DNA of 64,000 bases, taken from the IMG/VR virus record IMGVR_UViG_3300045440_000165, positions 11,735 to 75,734 of that record, one strand, 5' to 3'. The notes beneath the pieces were generated by a model. It was not told where the DNA came from and did no database searches. It saw only the letters and a program-made list of their open reading frames with translations. The translations under genes were made by a program, and so were the position numbers. This DNA is from a virus. Numbering within the stretch: position 1 is the first letter of the stretch; every line of letters begins with the position of its first letter. Below are positions 38,080-48,488 of the stretch, one piece after another.

Positions 38080-38646
38080 TCAATTCTTCCCGTGATTTTC
38101 TGTGTAGTTTGCGCCACTTAGATTTAAAAGTTTAATGTTTTCTAACCTGCAATCCACTGCAGCTTTAAACGCAGGCAGTAACCCCATCTTCTTGACAGAA
38201 AACCATCGAGAAACACCCTTCCGATTAATTTTCCAATGAGCTACACAATAAGTAATACTACTCTTCTGCATAATTGATACGCCAGTAGTGCCTGATGTAT
38301 TGGCAGAAGACATTCCCCTATTTTCACTATTTGTCTTTTGTGAACAAACCTTTAAATTAGATACCTTATTGTTTTTAGTATCTCTGTCTATATGGTCAAC
38401 TTTATCCTTTTCCGTTAATGATATACCGTTCAGTAGGCATACTAACCTATGGCACCTATACTTCTTATTTTGTACTTGGACATTGAAATATCTACCTTTA
38501 AACCCCCCAGCAACCTGTCCTATAAAAGTCATTGGCCTACTATTGCCGCTTGTCCGTATTTTATTCCACCTTAGACAACTTGGACTGGATTCATCATAAA
38601 TAAAGTTTTCCAAAACATCTTGATAACTTAGTTTCTGCATGAGCAT
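38080..38646 (-). CDS. free-standing HNH homing endonuclease with AP2-like C-terminus
   Basis: HRLV, VDHIDRDTKNNKVSNL, NTSGTTGV; ATG overlaps nrdA stop (TAATG). Confidence 0.88.
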   Translation of the reverse strand: MLMQKLSYQDVLENFIYDESSPSCLRWNKIRTSGNSRPMTFIGQVAGGFKGRYFNVQVQNKKYRCHRLVCLLNGISLTEKDKVDHIDRDTKNNKVSNLKVCSQKTNSENRGMSSANTSGTTGVSIMQKSSITYCVAHWKINRKGVSRWFSVKKMGLLPAFKAAVDCRLENIKLLNLSGANYTENHGKN

Positions 38647-39596
38647 TATCCTTCGCAGCTTAAACAAGTTGACTCAGTAGAGTTGCTTATATCCCAATCC
38701 TTGAGAGCTTTGCGTTCAATATCTTTTACGATATTAATATCCCCCTCCCTCTCAGTTCTAAAATAATACATAGTAAGTACATTAGGGCTATTTAAAAACT
38801 TCAAATGAACACTATTGCTATACTTCCTACTGCTACCATACGGGAAGAACACATTCAATGATTGTGCTTGACAAACATATTGTCCACGATGCTCTGCTTG
38901 CTCAATAATCCAATGTTGATCTAGCTCCATCGCTGTAGCAAATACAGCCTTCTCACGCTCATCTAAAAAATCTAAATGGCTTACACGTCCTTCATTCTTT
39001 CTAATACTTTCCCACACTTCAAAAGTATCTTTTCCTTTAGACTTTAGCAATGTCTCTAAGTGCCTATTCTTCACTGTAAAATTACCAGCTCTACTACTCT
39101 GCAAAAATATATTCCTAAAGTATGGCTCGATGCTAGGAGATGTATCAAGAATACTAGCGCTATTTGAGTTAGGTGCAATAGCCATCAATCTACTATTACG
39201 CAACCCTGTGCCAATCATATCCTCTGGCTCTCCGCGCTCGATAGCAAGCCTCCTACTTTCTTCCGTAGCCCTCCCTTTGATTAGCGCAAAGATTTTATTA
39301 GTGTGTTGAATAGCACTATTAAATCCCCCGCCTTCAAATGGAATAAGCTTACTTTGCAAATACCCATGCCATCCTAAAGTACCTAAGCCTAATGCTCGTT
39401 CTGCTTTAGCTGAAAATCTAGCTTTGGCAAGCTCCGGTGGTGCATTGTCAATGAAGCTTTGTAATACATTATCCAAGAAGCGTACTAAATCTGCTACGAT
39501 AGTGGTGTCTTTCCATTCTTCAAATTTCTCTAAGTTCAAGCTACTAAGGCAACAAACGAATGTTCTGAATTCGTCAGTAGGTAATGTTATTTCACT
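38646..39596 (-). CDS. nrdA: ribonucleotide reductase alpha subunit, exon 2
   Basis: SEI..., VCCLSSLNL, LGLG, AIAPN, QSLN, YYFR, C-terminal CLSCEG. Confidence 0.93.
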   Translation of the reverse strand, partial: SEITLPTDEFRTFVCCLSSLNLEKFEEWKDTTIVADLVRFLDNVLQSFIDNAPPELAKARFSAKAERALGLGTLGWHGYLQSKLIPFEGGGFNSAIQHTNKIFALIKGRATEESRRLAIERGEPEDMIGTGLRNSRLMAIAPNSNSASILDTSPSIEPYFRNIFLQSSRAGNFTVKNRHLETLLKSKGKDTFEVWESIRKNEGRVSHLDFLDEREKAVFATAMELDQHWIIEQAEHRGQYVCQAQSLNVFFPYGSSRKYSNSVHLKFLNSPNVLTMYYFRTEREGDINIVKDIERKALKDWDISNSTESTCLSCEG

Positions 39597-39983
39597 CGTT
39601 GTGTTCAAGATTGGTCGCTAATCAATCCCCGCTCTAATTGGTACACGATGACTACGTATCTCCCCTGCTTGAAGCTGTGCAGGGCTAGGGCATTACTCCT
39701 AGTATTTTCCAATTGCAAGCTGCTACATATCCCTATATAGACCAGACTATATCATCAACCATTTTACTCTAGTAACTCCAGCATAACACTGGCAGATGGT
39801 TGCTTACCGCTTCGTACCGCTTGGTACTACTCCCTTTTGAGGATAGTCGTTGCTCTTTCCAGATATACCGCTAACTTAGCGCATTCAATTTTATTCTGGC
39901 TTAGATCAGGATTACGTGTTCTACGCTTCCCCTGAGTTCAATAAGTTTGCAATATACATTACTGTATAAGGGTGCTATTACTA
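39597..39983 (-). ncRNA. group I self-splicing intron (IA2-like), 387 nt, ORF-less
   Basis: P1 GUGU|UA-GUAA-UAGCAC with U-G pair; P3 CUUAUUG/CGGUAAG; P7 GACUA/UAGUC; P7.1/P7.2; terminal G; splicing restores SNLC|SEI. Confidence 0.93.
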
Positions 39984-40952
39984 ACACAAGTTGCTTCCAC
40001 GAATCTTCAACCCTTTAGCCCTCTGAGTTTCTGGCATCTTCCGATTAGCCTCATCAATCTTCAGCAGATATGGCTCACCTGTCAACGCTCGATTCTCAAG
40101 AATATTCTCCCATACTTCCCGCGCTCTAAGCTCCTCATAAACTTTCCCGCTATGAGGACATACTAGCGGATAGGTAGTGTTATTCTTAACCGCCTCAATA
40201 AACTTATCTGTAATATTAACAGCACTATGATATTGCTGCCTATTATCACTTCGCCTTTTAGCATCTCCCCCCGGCTTACGGAAATTAATATGCTCTACAA
40301 TATCAGGGTGATCTACATTCAAGTATGATGCAATAGCTCCACGTCTATTCTGCTGCCTGAAATATCCAATAGCACTATCCATAACTTTCTGATACGGGAT
40401 ATTACCTACAGCCTTGCCTCCCACTCCACGAATAGAAAGATGTGCTCCAGTACCACCTCCAGACATAGAGAGCGTAGCAAGCTCTTGAATAGCTTCTACT
40501 TGCCCTTGTGCTGTATCTGGTACATTGAATGCAAAGCAGCTAATAGGAAGTCCATGTTGCTTCTCTTCTGCAATGAAAGTAGATGTGTACCAATAGTGCT
40601 TCCCTTGCTTAGCTTCATCTTCCACCCATCTCCCTTTAGTTGCATTACTAAGCACAGGGGAAGCATACATGAACCAACCATTGTAAACATAGTCATAAAT
40701 ACGTTGAGCTAATTCATAATCCCCGTAGCAGAAAGCAGTAGCAGGGCGAGCTAGAGCTTTAGAAATACTCTCCCCTTCTCGTTTATAAAATCCATCGAGT
40801 AATGTCTTAGAAAACTCCGTAATATATGCCGGATCATTCTCATAAATCATAATACCATTGTAGGGTATCTTCGTACCATTCTTAGGTACTAAAGTACCTA
40901 AATAGGGTACTTTTTCTGCTGAGTTACACACTTCACTAGCATTATTAGACAT
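39984..40952 (-). CDS. nrdA: ribonucleotide reductase alpha subunit, exon 1
   Basis: ASPVLSN, PISCF, GGGTG, RRGA, HPDI, GEPY, ends GSNLC. Confidence 0.93.
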
Positions 40953-41514
40953 TCTTCAGCTTTCTCCGTTTAGTTCTAAATTGAATTTTAGGCTCTTCTA
41001 CATGATAATCAATAGCCATCTTATACCCACCATCTTGCTTATATTGATTACCTCTAATCTCGTACAGCAGCTTTTCTAATAACGCTATCTGCTCTACAAT
41101 ATATCTTTCTTCATCACTCTCAATAATAGAATAATCTTGTACTTTAGTGTCAGCTTTTTCAGCATTGAAAGCTGCATAGTCTAAAGAGTTATTCATTAAT
41201 GATGCCATCTCAATACACAAGCTTTGATCGTAATAACTAGCTGCTACCAACTTATCGTACACTGTAGCCCATACACTTGTTAAGTGTTTACGATTAACAG
41301 ATACTTCCCCTCGGATAACATACCCAATAACAACCTTATTAGCTAATGTCCTATGCTGGCTTGTAGTGTACATTAGCGGATATTCCAGATCAAAGCCAAG
41401 CTCTTCTAACACTGGCAATACTAAGTGATCATACTCAGGGGACACCATCTCAAAATAGTTTAAATGGGCTAACGTACTTACTAATTTTAAATCGTAAACA
41501 CTAATCGCTTTCAT
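40945..41514 (-). CDS. hypothetical protein
   Basis: RBS GAGGG; overlaps nrdA start. Confidence 0.7.
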   Translation of the reverse strand: MKAISVYDLKLVSTLAHLNYFEMVSPEYDHLVLPVLEELGFDLEYPLMYTTSQHRTLANKVVIGYVIRGEVSVNRKHLTSVWATVYDKLVAASYYDQSLCIEMASLMNNSLDYAAFNAEKADTKVQDYSIIESDEERYIVEQIALLEKLLYEIRGNQYKQDGGYKMAIDYHVEEPKIQFRTKRRKLKNV

Positions 41515-41584
41515 AATGCCCCTCGCTATCTTTTGAATATTTTGTTTTAAATATAAAACTATTATAATTCATACTATCATCTCT

Positions 41585-41836
41585 TCATATTTGAAATGGA
41601 TTTTGTAATTTTTGTTGCTGCAACCATTCTAACATATCTGGATTATCTTTGTAAGAATATCTACAATTATATTGGTAAGATTCTCCTTTAATGGTGATTT
41701 CTTCGTTACTAATAATTGTATCTCCTTCAATAATAGTTGCAAATTGTTGCTGAGGTGCTAGGAAGGCTATTGTCCCGTCCATGATGCAAGCTAATTGAAT
41801 AGGGAGATTACCTATTGGTACTTGTATGTGCTGCAT
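41585..41836 (-). CDS. hypothetical protein
   Basis: ORF in operon. Confidence 0.55.
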   Translation of the reverse strand: MQHIQVPIGNLPIQLACIMDGTIAFLAPQQQFATIIEGDTIISNEEITIKGESYQYNCRYSYKDNPDMLEWLQQQKLQNPFQI

Positions 41837-41997
41837 TATAAACCCCTACGTAGCAAGTCATCCACTATTACCCACGTCAAGGCACATCCGGCGAGAAGAA
41901 GTAGAATAATAACGTACACTTTAGGTGCGATACAAGCAAATAACACACCTGCTAAAAATCCCAAGACAGCTAAAATTTTAATTAATGTATTTTTCAT
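41836..41997 (-). CDS. small membrane protein
   Basis: MKNTLIKIL..., two hydrophobic helices; RBS GGAG. Confidence 0.55.
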   Translation of the reverse strand: MKNTLIKILAVLGFLAGVLFACIAPKVYVIILLLLAGCALTWVIVDDLLRRGL

Positions 41998-42163
41998 GCT
42001 TCGTATAACTCCAATATAATACCTGTAAGCATCCATAAACAAGCGCAGACAACTATGCCCAATACACTCACAGCCGCGTAGGGGTATATCCTTGCAAACA
42101 AAACAAATACCCCTGCAAATACCATTATAGTTAGTAACAATAAGATGCGTAATAGTATATTTC

Positions 42164-43027
42164 TCATAACGGAAACGCTTCCAAAATAGGAACACCATCG
42201 ATAATCAACCCGCAGCCAATGACAGGGCGTTTTAAATTTACATTGTTATAAGCAAAAGCATAACTATCATCATCAATAAGACATCCCACCTGCATACTAA
42301 AATAAAGTCCAAGACTATTACCCCAATATTGAATGTTAAATTTTTCATGGTAATGCCCTTGTACAGCACTCATACCCATTGTCTGTGATAGCTTCAAGCC
42401 ATCTGCAGCTTTACCATGATGGAAGAATACATGCTGGCCTGTAGGTAGTAGCAATGTTAAGTCATTGTGCCATTTCCATCCGTCACCTACACCTAGAATT
42501 TCATTATAGGATTTAATGCAATGCAGAGGGATTCCATGATGCTTTGCTTTCCTATACACAAGACTTCCGTGATTACTATCTATTAAGTCTACAACTGGAA
42601 ACATCTTTTCTATTTCTTGAATAACCTTAATTGCCTCTTTAAGTTCATCGCCAGCAGATAGTAAATCGGGATGGGAATCGTGAAAAGAAATCTGGTGATA
42701 TTCAAGTTCATCTCCGATAATTACAACCCTAGTAGGATTATGCTTATCCTTCAATCTTTGCAAGAATTCAATCAGTCCGTTTACATGATAAGGAATATGC
42801 ATATCGCTAATAACTAAGATACTAGCATTCCTAGCAACTTCATCATCCACATCATCATTCTTCATCGCTTCATACTTGCGCAAGAAATCCGACACTGTAG
42901 AGCGAGGGACATCTAACACTCTTGCAATATCTCTCCAAGATAATACTTCAGATTTGTGAAGTGCAATAGCATCTTTCTGCCAATCGCTTGCAGATGTTTG
43001 TTTGTTATTTTTCAAATTAGCTCCCAA
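42164..43027 (-). CDS. metallophosphoesterase with N-terminal HTH
   Basis: WRDIARVLDVPRSTVSD HTH; SDMH, GDE, SNH, HHG, GHYH. Confidence 0.88.
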   Translation of the reverse strand: MGANLKNNKQTSASDWQKDAIALHKSEVLSWRDIARVLDVPRSTVSDFLRKYEAMKNDDVDDEVARNASILVISDMHIPYHVNGLIEFLQRLKDKHNPTRVVIIGDELEYHQISFHDSHPDLLSAGDELKEAIKVIQEIEKMFPVVDLIDSNHGSLVYRKAKHHGIPLHCIKSYNEILGVGDGWKWHNDLTLLLPTGQHVFFHHGKAADGLKLSQTMGMSAVQGHYHEKFNIQYWGNSLGLYFSMQVGCLIDDDSYAFAYNNVNLKRPVIGCGLIIDGVPILEAFPL

Positions 43028-43029
43028 TA

Positions 43030-43311
43030 TTATTTATTGTAAAGGTCAACAAGCTTATTCACATCACTTACAGGTACAAATCCAAATCTACTAAATCCTT
43101 CATTATTAGTTATCACTACTTCCACTGTCTCCCAAGGGCCAATATTACTTTTAGGAGAACACTCATGTACGAAAGAAGCATTGACAGTTACTAAATACCC
43201 ATTCTTGCAAGTGATAGGGGGAGCTACACAGTGGATAAAATTACAAGTAATATCTGGATCGCTGTAGTCTCGTGTTTGTTCTAAATATGTGTTAGTGCAA
43301 AAGTTACTCAC
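43030..43311 (-). CDS. hypothetical protein
   Basis: ORF in operon. Confidence 0.6.
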   Translation of the reverse strand: MSNFCTNTYLEQTRDYSDPDITCNFIHCVAPPITCKNGYLVTVNASFVHECSPKSNIGPWETVEVVITNNEGFSRFGFVPVSDVNKLVDLYNK

Positions 43312-43865
43312 GTATTGCTCCTTTTGTTTAATATTACTGTTAATACTTCTCTTCGCTGCTTTGCATTTGTAAGACCACTATACCCGTGCTTTTTAAATAG
43401 TGCAAGCATCTCTTTACTATTCTCTTTCTTTAGTAGTCGAATCACTTCTTTCTCTACTTTAGCTTCTTCAAAACTTATCCCCATGTTTTGAGCATGAGAG
43501 ACAATCTTATGACAAGGTTTACATAAAGCTCGCAAGTCTTTCAAAGAGATTATTAACAACCTTGTTACAAACTCTTTAATGTCTTCTAGCTTATTCAAAC
43601 TACCTGCAGGAGTCTTATGATCAATTTCAATATCAGATTGTAAGAAATCTTTCTTGCATATTTCACACTTCATTCCCCATACTTCAGGGAACTTAGTAGC
43701 ACTTTTAGCATTAGGATTCTTTATTCGCTTTCTGTTTAGCTTTATGTACTCTAGCTTGACAGGGGCTTTGCTCCACCCTTTGCGAAATACCCCCCTAAGC
43801 CAATTCCAGAAAGCTGACTCTGTCTTCCAGACATGACTTAACTCTACCCAAGGCTTATTGTTCAC
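43308..43865 (-). CDS. HNH endonuclease (Zn-binding)
   Basis: CEIC...IDH...LCKPCH. Confidence 0.85.
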   Translation of the reverse strand: MNNKPWVELSHVWKTESAFWNWLRGVFRKGWSKAPVKLEYIKLNRKRIKNPNAKSATKFPEVWGMKCEICKKDFLQSDIEIDHKTPAGSLNKLEDIKEFVTRLLIISLKDLRALCKPCHKIVSHAQNMGISFEEAKVEKEVIRLLKKENSKEMLALFKKHGYSGLTNAKQRREVLTVILNKRSNT

Positions 43866-44172
43866 CTATCAGCCTTTCTCCTTTTACATCTGCACCGATA
43901 GGTATCAGCTTAAATTTCTTAAGTATGACCTGTATGTCCTCATTAAAATCCTCTATTTCTGGTAGCATCTCACATATCACTGTAGGGGTTTCTCCTCCTT
44001 TAAATTTAATTGTCAGAGATGTTACTAAGTTTGCATCTAACCCTAAGCACTTACACATCTGCGTTGCTAATTCTGAGTGCATTTCCAATATTCGCTCGTG
44101 TTCAGTTTTCTCAGGTACTTTATGACTACTCAACTTAAATAAGTCTTCCCAGTCTATTTTACTACTCATCAT
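43855..44172 (-). CDS. hypothetical protein
   Basis: ORF overlapping both neighbours. Confidence 0.6.
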   Translation of the reverse strand: MMSSKIDWEDLFKLSSHKVPEKTEHERILEMHSELATQMCKCLGLDANLVTSLTIKFKGGETPTVICEMLPEIEDFNEDIQVILKKFKLIPIGADVKGERLIGEQ

Positions 44173-45163
44173 ATACCCCCAATCTCTTCAACACATTAGC
44201 AATATTAAGCCTATCCCCTTCCCATCTCTGCATAAACGCACAGTCAGCATACATCTGCATAATTTCTAACCATGACTTAGTGTGCCTCTCACCCTTCCAA
44301 CACTTATACGTAACAGGGGTAGGATACCAAGATTTATACTTAGCTACTATTGCTTCTAATGCTTCCTTATCATTTGTTGCATTCTTAAGGATGTCATAAG
44401 CTCCTACATCTCCTAATTTACCTTTAGCAATCTCGCAAGGCTTATAGCAATCTACAGGGTCGCCATATAGCAATTGAAACCAAAGGAATGCTCTACCTTT
44501 CCCTTTAATACTCTTACTATACGTAGGCTCACCATTAGCTTTCTTTACTCCCGCGTCCTTCAAGATACACTCAAGACCACCATACCCTTCGATAAGCTCT
44601 GGCTCATCCATCGTAGTCCAATTAAGCAACCATCCGGGGCCATGAGTAGCATCCTTATCAATACTAGCTTGCACAATGTATTCTTTATCTCTATACCCTT
44701 GATACATATACCCTGTAAGAATATCATCAGCTTCTACACCTTCGGATATTTCTGCATTGTGTGTAAAAATAAGATAATCTTTACAAGCTTGTAGCTGCAA
44801 TGGCTTCGAACTATCCTTCCTATTATCTTTATAGCGCGTAGGGAGTGGTAAATCGAGCCTAAAATTATCCTTACCAGATATAACAATGTGATACCTATTA
44901 CATTTTGCTTTAGCTAATATAGAGTCAATTGACCATTTAATCCCTGCTAGAGCATTTGCAATAGGGGCAGCTTCTTGCTTAGGTGTTAATGTGTATTCAT
45001 CTACCTTATCTTCTGCCCACTCTTTAAAGCTAGTAGCTGTGTTAAATACAAATTCTTCTAGAGTTTCTTTGTGTGTTGCTACGACTGTTCTTTTCTCGTT
45101 AGCTGCTGCACATCTGTATGCTAACAAATCTCCATCTATAACGCATAGCTTGTTTCCTTTCAT
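44162..45163 (-). CDS. 5'-3' exonuclease (T7 gp6/RNase H-like)
   Basis: IDGDLLAY, NFR, YKDNR, EADD, DKD, GDPVD. Confidence 0.92.
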   Translation of the reverse strand: MKGNKLCVIDGDLLAYRCAAANEKRTVVATHKETLEEFVFNTATSFKEWAEDKVDEYTLTPKQEAAPIANALAGIKWSIDSILAKAKCNRYHIVISGKDNFRLDLPLPTRYKDNRKDSSKPLQLQACKDYLIFTHNAEISEGVEADDILTGYMYQGYRDKEYIVQASIDKDATHGPGWLLNWTTMDEPELIEGYGGLECILKDAGVKKANGEPTYSKSIKGKGRAFLWFQLLYGDPVDCYKPCEIAKGKLGDVGAYDILKNATNDKEALEAIVAKYKSWYPTPVTYKCWKGERHTKSWLEIMQMYADCAFMQRWEGDRLNIANVLKRLGVYDE

Positions 45164-45230
45164 ACATCTCTCCTGTCAGTTAATAAAAATCCCCACCGTA
45201 ATTTCTAGGGTGAGGATACTATGGAGATGC

Positions 45231-45908
45231 TTAATCGAATGGAAACTCTTCATCCTCTTCGGAATCTTTGGCTTCTTTCTTAGCTGGAGCTTTAGGTTTC
45301 TTTGGTGCTTCTTGTTTAGGCTCTTGTTTTTTAGCTTCCGGCTTCTTATCCTCTGCTTCTTCATTACCATCTTCAAATTCAGATCCGGCAGTGTAGCTAG
45401 ATTCTGTTCTGACATACTCTTTCAAATCTGTAACAAGGATATTCTTCAAGTATAAAGATGCACCACCAGAGTCACGTTCAAACTTGTCAATACTAATAAC
45501 ACCGTAGCTACCATTACCTACTAGCTTTTCATAGGTAATATCAACATGGGTATTCTTCACTTTATGGAATACGCGAGGACGGAAGATTTCAGGTACAGGT
45601 TTTCCAGTCTTACCTAGCTCCACACTCTTGCGTAGAGTTAGAATCCATACATTCTTTCCAGCACCTTCTGGCAAATCACATTTATAGGTTTCCTCAAACG
45701 TGGAAGACTTTACTTTTTTAATAGAGAGTAGTGTATCGAGAGACTTACCATACTCTTCCAATTCATCCACGAAGTCTTCATCTGTCAGCACAACAGAAGC
45801 TTTCCATTCATCCGGCTTCTTTGGTGTACCCGGCTTAACATAAGCTTTAACTGACTCTTGCACTTGCACGTAAACAAGTGTACCTTCAATTTTATCAAAA
45901 TTTGGCAT
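45231..45908 (-). CDS. single-stranded DNA-binding protein
   Basis: VGNGS motif; acidic tail ending DEEFPFD. Confidence 0.75.
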   Translation of the reverse strand: MPNFDKIEGTLVYVQVQESVKAYVKPGTPKKPDEWKASVVLTDEDFVDELEEYGKSLDTLLSIKKVKSSTFEETYKCDLPEGAGKNVWILTLRKSVELGKTGKPVPEIFRPRVFHKVKNTHVDITYEKLVGNGSYGVISIDKFERDSGGASLYLKNILVTDLKEYVRTESSYTAGSEFEDGNEEAEDKKPEAKKQEPKQEAPKKPKAPAKKEAKDSEEDEEFPFD

Positions 45909-46060
45909 TACTAATTTCCTTAATTAATATTTTTAAATAAAGTACACACCTTGTTAAAAGCTTGTACGCAAAATCCACCTACTACTACACCAACTAACAC
46001 TAAACATATTTCAGATAAATGTGACACTACAAACATATAAATCCTATTTGGATGCTAATC

Positions 46061-46480
46061 CTATTTGGCTATCTTAGGCAAAGGGAATGGAACTACTTCC
46101 GGCTTCTGACAATGCCCATCCTGCTCCGCAAATGGCTTAGACTTAAACTCAGAATCTAGCAAGCATCCCGTGGCTCCTGAGAATGTTGAGCACTTCAATA
46201 CCACTGTGCGACTAGCATCTGGTGAGAATAGCTTGATAGTGGCCCATCCATCTCCTTGAGGGCAATTAGGCATCTGCGTAGAGTCTCCATTAGAAACTGC
46301 TGTAAAATCTCGCACAGGAGGGTTTTCTGCACGATAACGTTGAGCATTGAATAGCGCATTATCTCGTGCCATCTGTTTGGCTTCTTCGAGGGTATTAAAA
46401 GATACCTCTTTGCTTCCACATGCTGCTAAAATAATAGCTACGCTTGTAGCTGCCATAATGTTTTTAAATTTCATCTTCAT
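46061..46480 (-). CDS. lipoprotein
   Basis: Lipobox ILAAC; CPQGDGWA. Confidence 0.8.
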   Translation of the reverse strand: MKMKFKNIMAATSVAIILAACGSKEVSFNTLEEAKQMARDNALFNAQRYRAENPPVRDFTAVSNGDSTQMPNCPQGDGWATIKLFSPDASRTVVLKCSTFSGATGCLLDSEFKSKPFAEQDGHCQKPEVVPFPLPKIAK

Positions 46481-46489
46481 CCTTTTTAT

Positions 46490-46723
46490 TTAAAGTATCA
46501 AGTCTGCGAGCTGGCAGCTCATGCAAGAGCAAAAATCGATAATTGCCGCGATCATGTGTGTAGTGATATACACACCAAATACAACCCACACTTCACTGGA
46601 AGCTCCCGCTGCTTGCAAAATATAACTCATCAAATAAAACCACAAAGGGAGCGCTACAAGTAATGTTAAGGCTCCAGCTATTGTGTTTAGTGTGTGTTTA
46701 TTGCTCATAAAATACCTTTGCAT
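46490..46723 (-). CDS. hypothetical membrane protein
   Basis: Two hydrophobic helices. Confidence 0.55.
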   Translation of the reverse strand: MQRYFMSNKHTLNTIAGALTLLVALPLWFYLMSYILQAAGASSEVWVVFGVYITTHMIAAIIDFCSCMSCQLADLIL

Positions 46724-46816
46724 TACTTACGTTTAAAAAACTTCATTACTTTATATAAAGCAAATACCACAGATGAAGCTGCCATAGCCAAAGCCACTCG
46801 CGCTGCTGCCAATGCA

Positions 46817-47029
46817 TTAACCATTATTACGTCCTCGCTTTTTAGCTGCTTTCTTAGCTGCTTTGCCTGCTCTAGCACGTAATGAGTTTAGATAAGTCCC
46901 TTTCATAAGAGAATCCCAAACCAATGTTGTTAGCTTACTTTGCACAAATACTTTAGCTGACATACGCCTAGCTTTGTAATCCTCAAATGTTTCGTTTTCT
47001 GCTCTAGCGGGGTTTAACAGGTTATTCAT
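46817..47029 (-). CDS. small basic phage protein
   Basis: RBS AAGGAG; PARAENETFEDYKARR. Confidence 0.7.
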   Translation of the reverse strand: MNNLLNPARAENETFEDYKARRMSAKVFVQSKLTTLVWDSLMKGTYLNSLRARAGKAAKKAAKKRGRNNG

Positions 47030-47248
47030 TTTTTCTCCTTGGCAATTAAAAATATTTTTTAGTAAGGATTTTGCTCAAGTATTTCTGAAATATATTTCAG
47101 CTCTCTCGCTTCTTCCTCTAAAAACTTTACATCTGATCTTGAAGACTCGTTGATATTTACTATGAAATCAGATCCTTCACATTCAAAAACATGTTGAGCA
47201 TATTTTTCAAGTAATACTTTGTAATCTATCACACTTCCTCCGAATTCT

Positions 47249-47324
47249 TGGTGCTCCCCGCAGGATTCGAACCCGCGACCTCCTGATTACAAGTCAGGTA
47301 CTCTACCAACTGAGTTAGAGGAGC
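47249..47324 (-). tRNA. tRNA-Thr (UGU)
   Basis: 76-nt cloverleaf GCTCCTC...CCTGA-CTTGTAA-TCAGG...GGTTCGAATCC...GGGGAGCACCA with encoded CCA. Confidence 0.97.
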
Positions 47325-47370
47325 ATTTCAGTAACGCTTATTATACTACATCTAAAATAAAAAAGTAAAA

Positions 47371-47589
47371 CTATTTTGTAGCGCTATTAAAAATACTATC
47401 AAACCCATCTACTATCTCAACTTCCGCCCAAGCAGCTATGTGATGTACATTGCCATCCTTATCGGTACAGAATGAATACATACCGTCAAGATGGTCAAAT
47501 AGTAGCACAGATTCTCCTACACGGATATAAGTATTTCTAGGTATTCTATATAGCTCTTTAGTTTTTACGCTTGTGTGTTCCATAATCAC
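47371..47589 (-). CDS. hypothetical protein
   Basis: FDHLDGMYSFC motif. Confidence 0.65.
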   Translation of the reverse strand: MIMEHTSVKTKELYRIPRNTYIRVGESVLLFDHLDGMYSFCTDKDGNVHHIAAWAEVEIVDGFDSIFNSATK

Positions 47590-47852
47590 ATCCTATGCCA
47601 TTCTAGTAATTCATCTTCAATCAATTCATAATCGTAAGGAGATAGTAGCTGGCTAACATCCTTATTATCATACCACACTCCAACAACCTCTACACAATCC
47701 GGCTCTGCTGGTGAGTTTAATGTCTCTGGAAACCCTTTATAGTAGGAATATTTAACTTCTAATGGTGTCTCTTGCACTTCATAGATAGCGTCTAGTTGGA
47801 AATCTACAACAGCTATAAAATACTTAGGTAGCTTGCCACGCGGAGTAATCAT
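47586..47852 (-). CDS. hypothetical protein
   Basis: ORF with overlapping start/stop. Confidence 0.6.
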   Translation of the reverse strand: MITPRGKLPKYFIAVVDFQLDAIYEVQETPLEVKYSYYKGFPETLNSPAEPDCVEVVGVWYDNKDVSQLLSPYDYELIEDELLEWHRM

Positions 47853-48352
47853 AGCTCATCCATCCTTGCAATTAAGTTATACTCTTCTTCTGTCATACCC
47901 ATCCTATCTAAAGAATTAATATTTCTTTCTAGCGAATACGCAGACATAAGAATCATCGTTGTATTGTGTGTGCTATACCCTTTCTTATACAGCCAATCAA
48001 GAAGCCATCTACTATTTACCTTGTAGGTGTTGGTAGTAGCTGTTCTTTCTACTATAGTACCTCTAGGCCAATCCTTGCTAAGCTTCACAAAGTAGGGGAA
48101 TGTTATCAGCACTCTCGGTTCTTTGTTGATTATAGCAGCAGTGGCTAGAGTTACTAGCTTCTTATAATCTTTCTTTGTAGCTTTCTTAGTCTTATCTCTT
48201 AGTTCCTTCGAAGCTTTATAACGAAATCTAGGCTTGCTAGATGGGTGTATAGCTTCGCTATGAATTTCTACTTCTGAAGGATGTACCTCTAAAAGCTCTT
48301 CTATGTTTTCTTCCATGTTAATTATTAATAAGCTCGTTAATATAATTAGCAT
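47849..48352 (-). CDS. hypothetical protein
   Basis: Basic ORF in operon. Confidence 0.65.
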   Translation of the reverse strand: MLIILTSLLIINMEENIEELLEVHPSEVEIHSEAIHPSSKPRFRYKASKELRDKTKKATKKDYKKLVTLATAAIINKEPRVLITFPYFVKLSKDWPRGTIVERTATTNTYKVNSRWLLDWLYKKGYSTHNTTMILMSAYSLERNINSLDRMGMTEEEYNLIARMDEL

Positions 48353-48488
48353 CGTGGCTGTTTAGCTCTAGTTCTAATAGCTCATGGTAATGGATAAAAT
48401 CTGAAATTGAAATCTCCCCGTTTTCGAGCATAGAATTTAGAGATGCAACGCCTTGATTGTATTCTTCTTTAGTAATCATGCTAGCTCC

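Noticed and set aside
38646-40952. nrdA as a pseudogene, split gene or intein carrier
   Set aside because: The gap has full group I intron structure, stop codons and restores the frame exactly on splicing
45176-45415. Basic alternate-frame ORF over the SSB C-terminus
   Set aside because: Frame shadow of the Lys/Glu/Pro-rich SSB linker; no independent support
47249-47324. tRNA as prophage attachment site
   Set aside because: Flanked on both sides by co-oriented phage genes; no duplicated 3' end noticed
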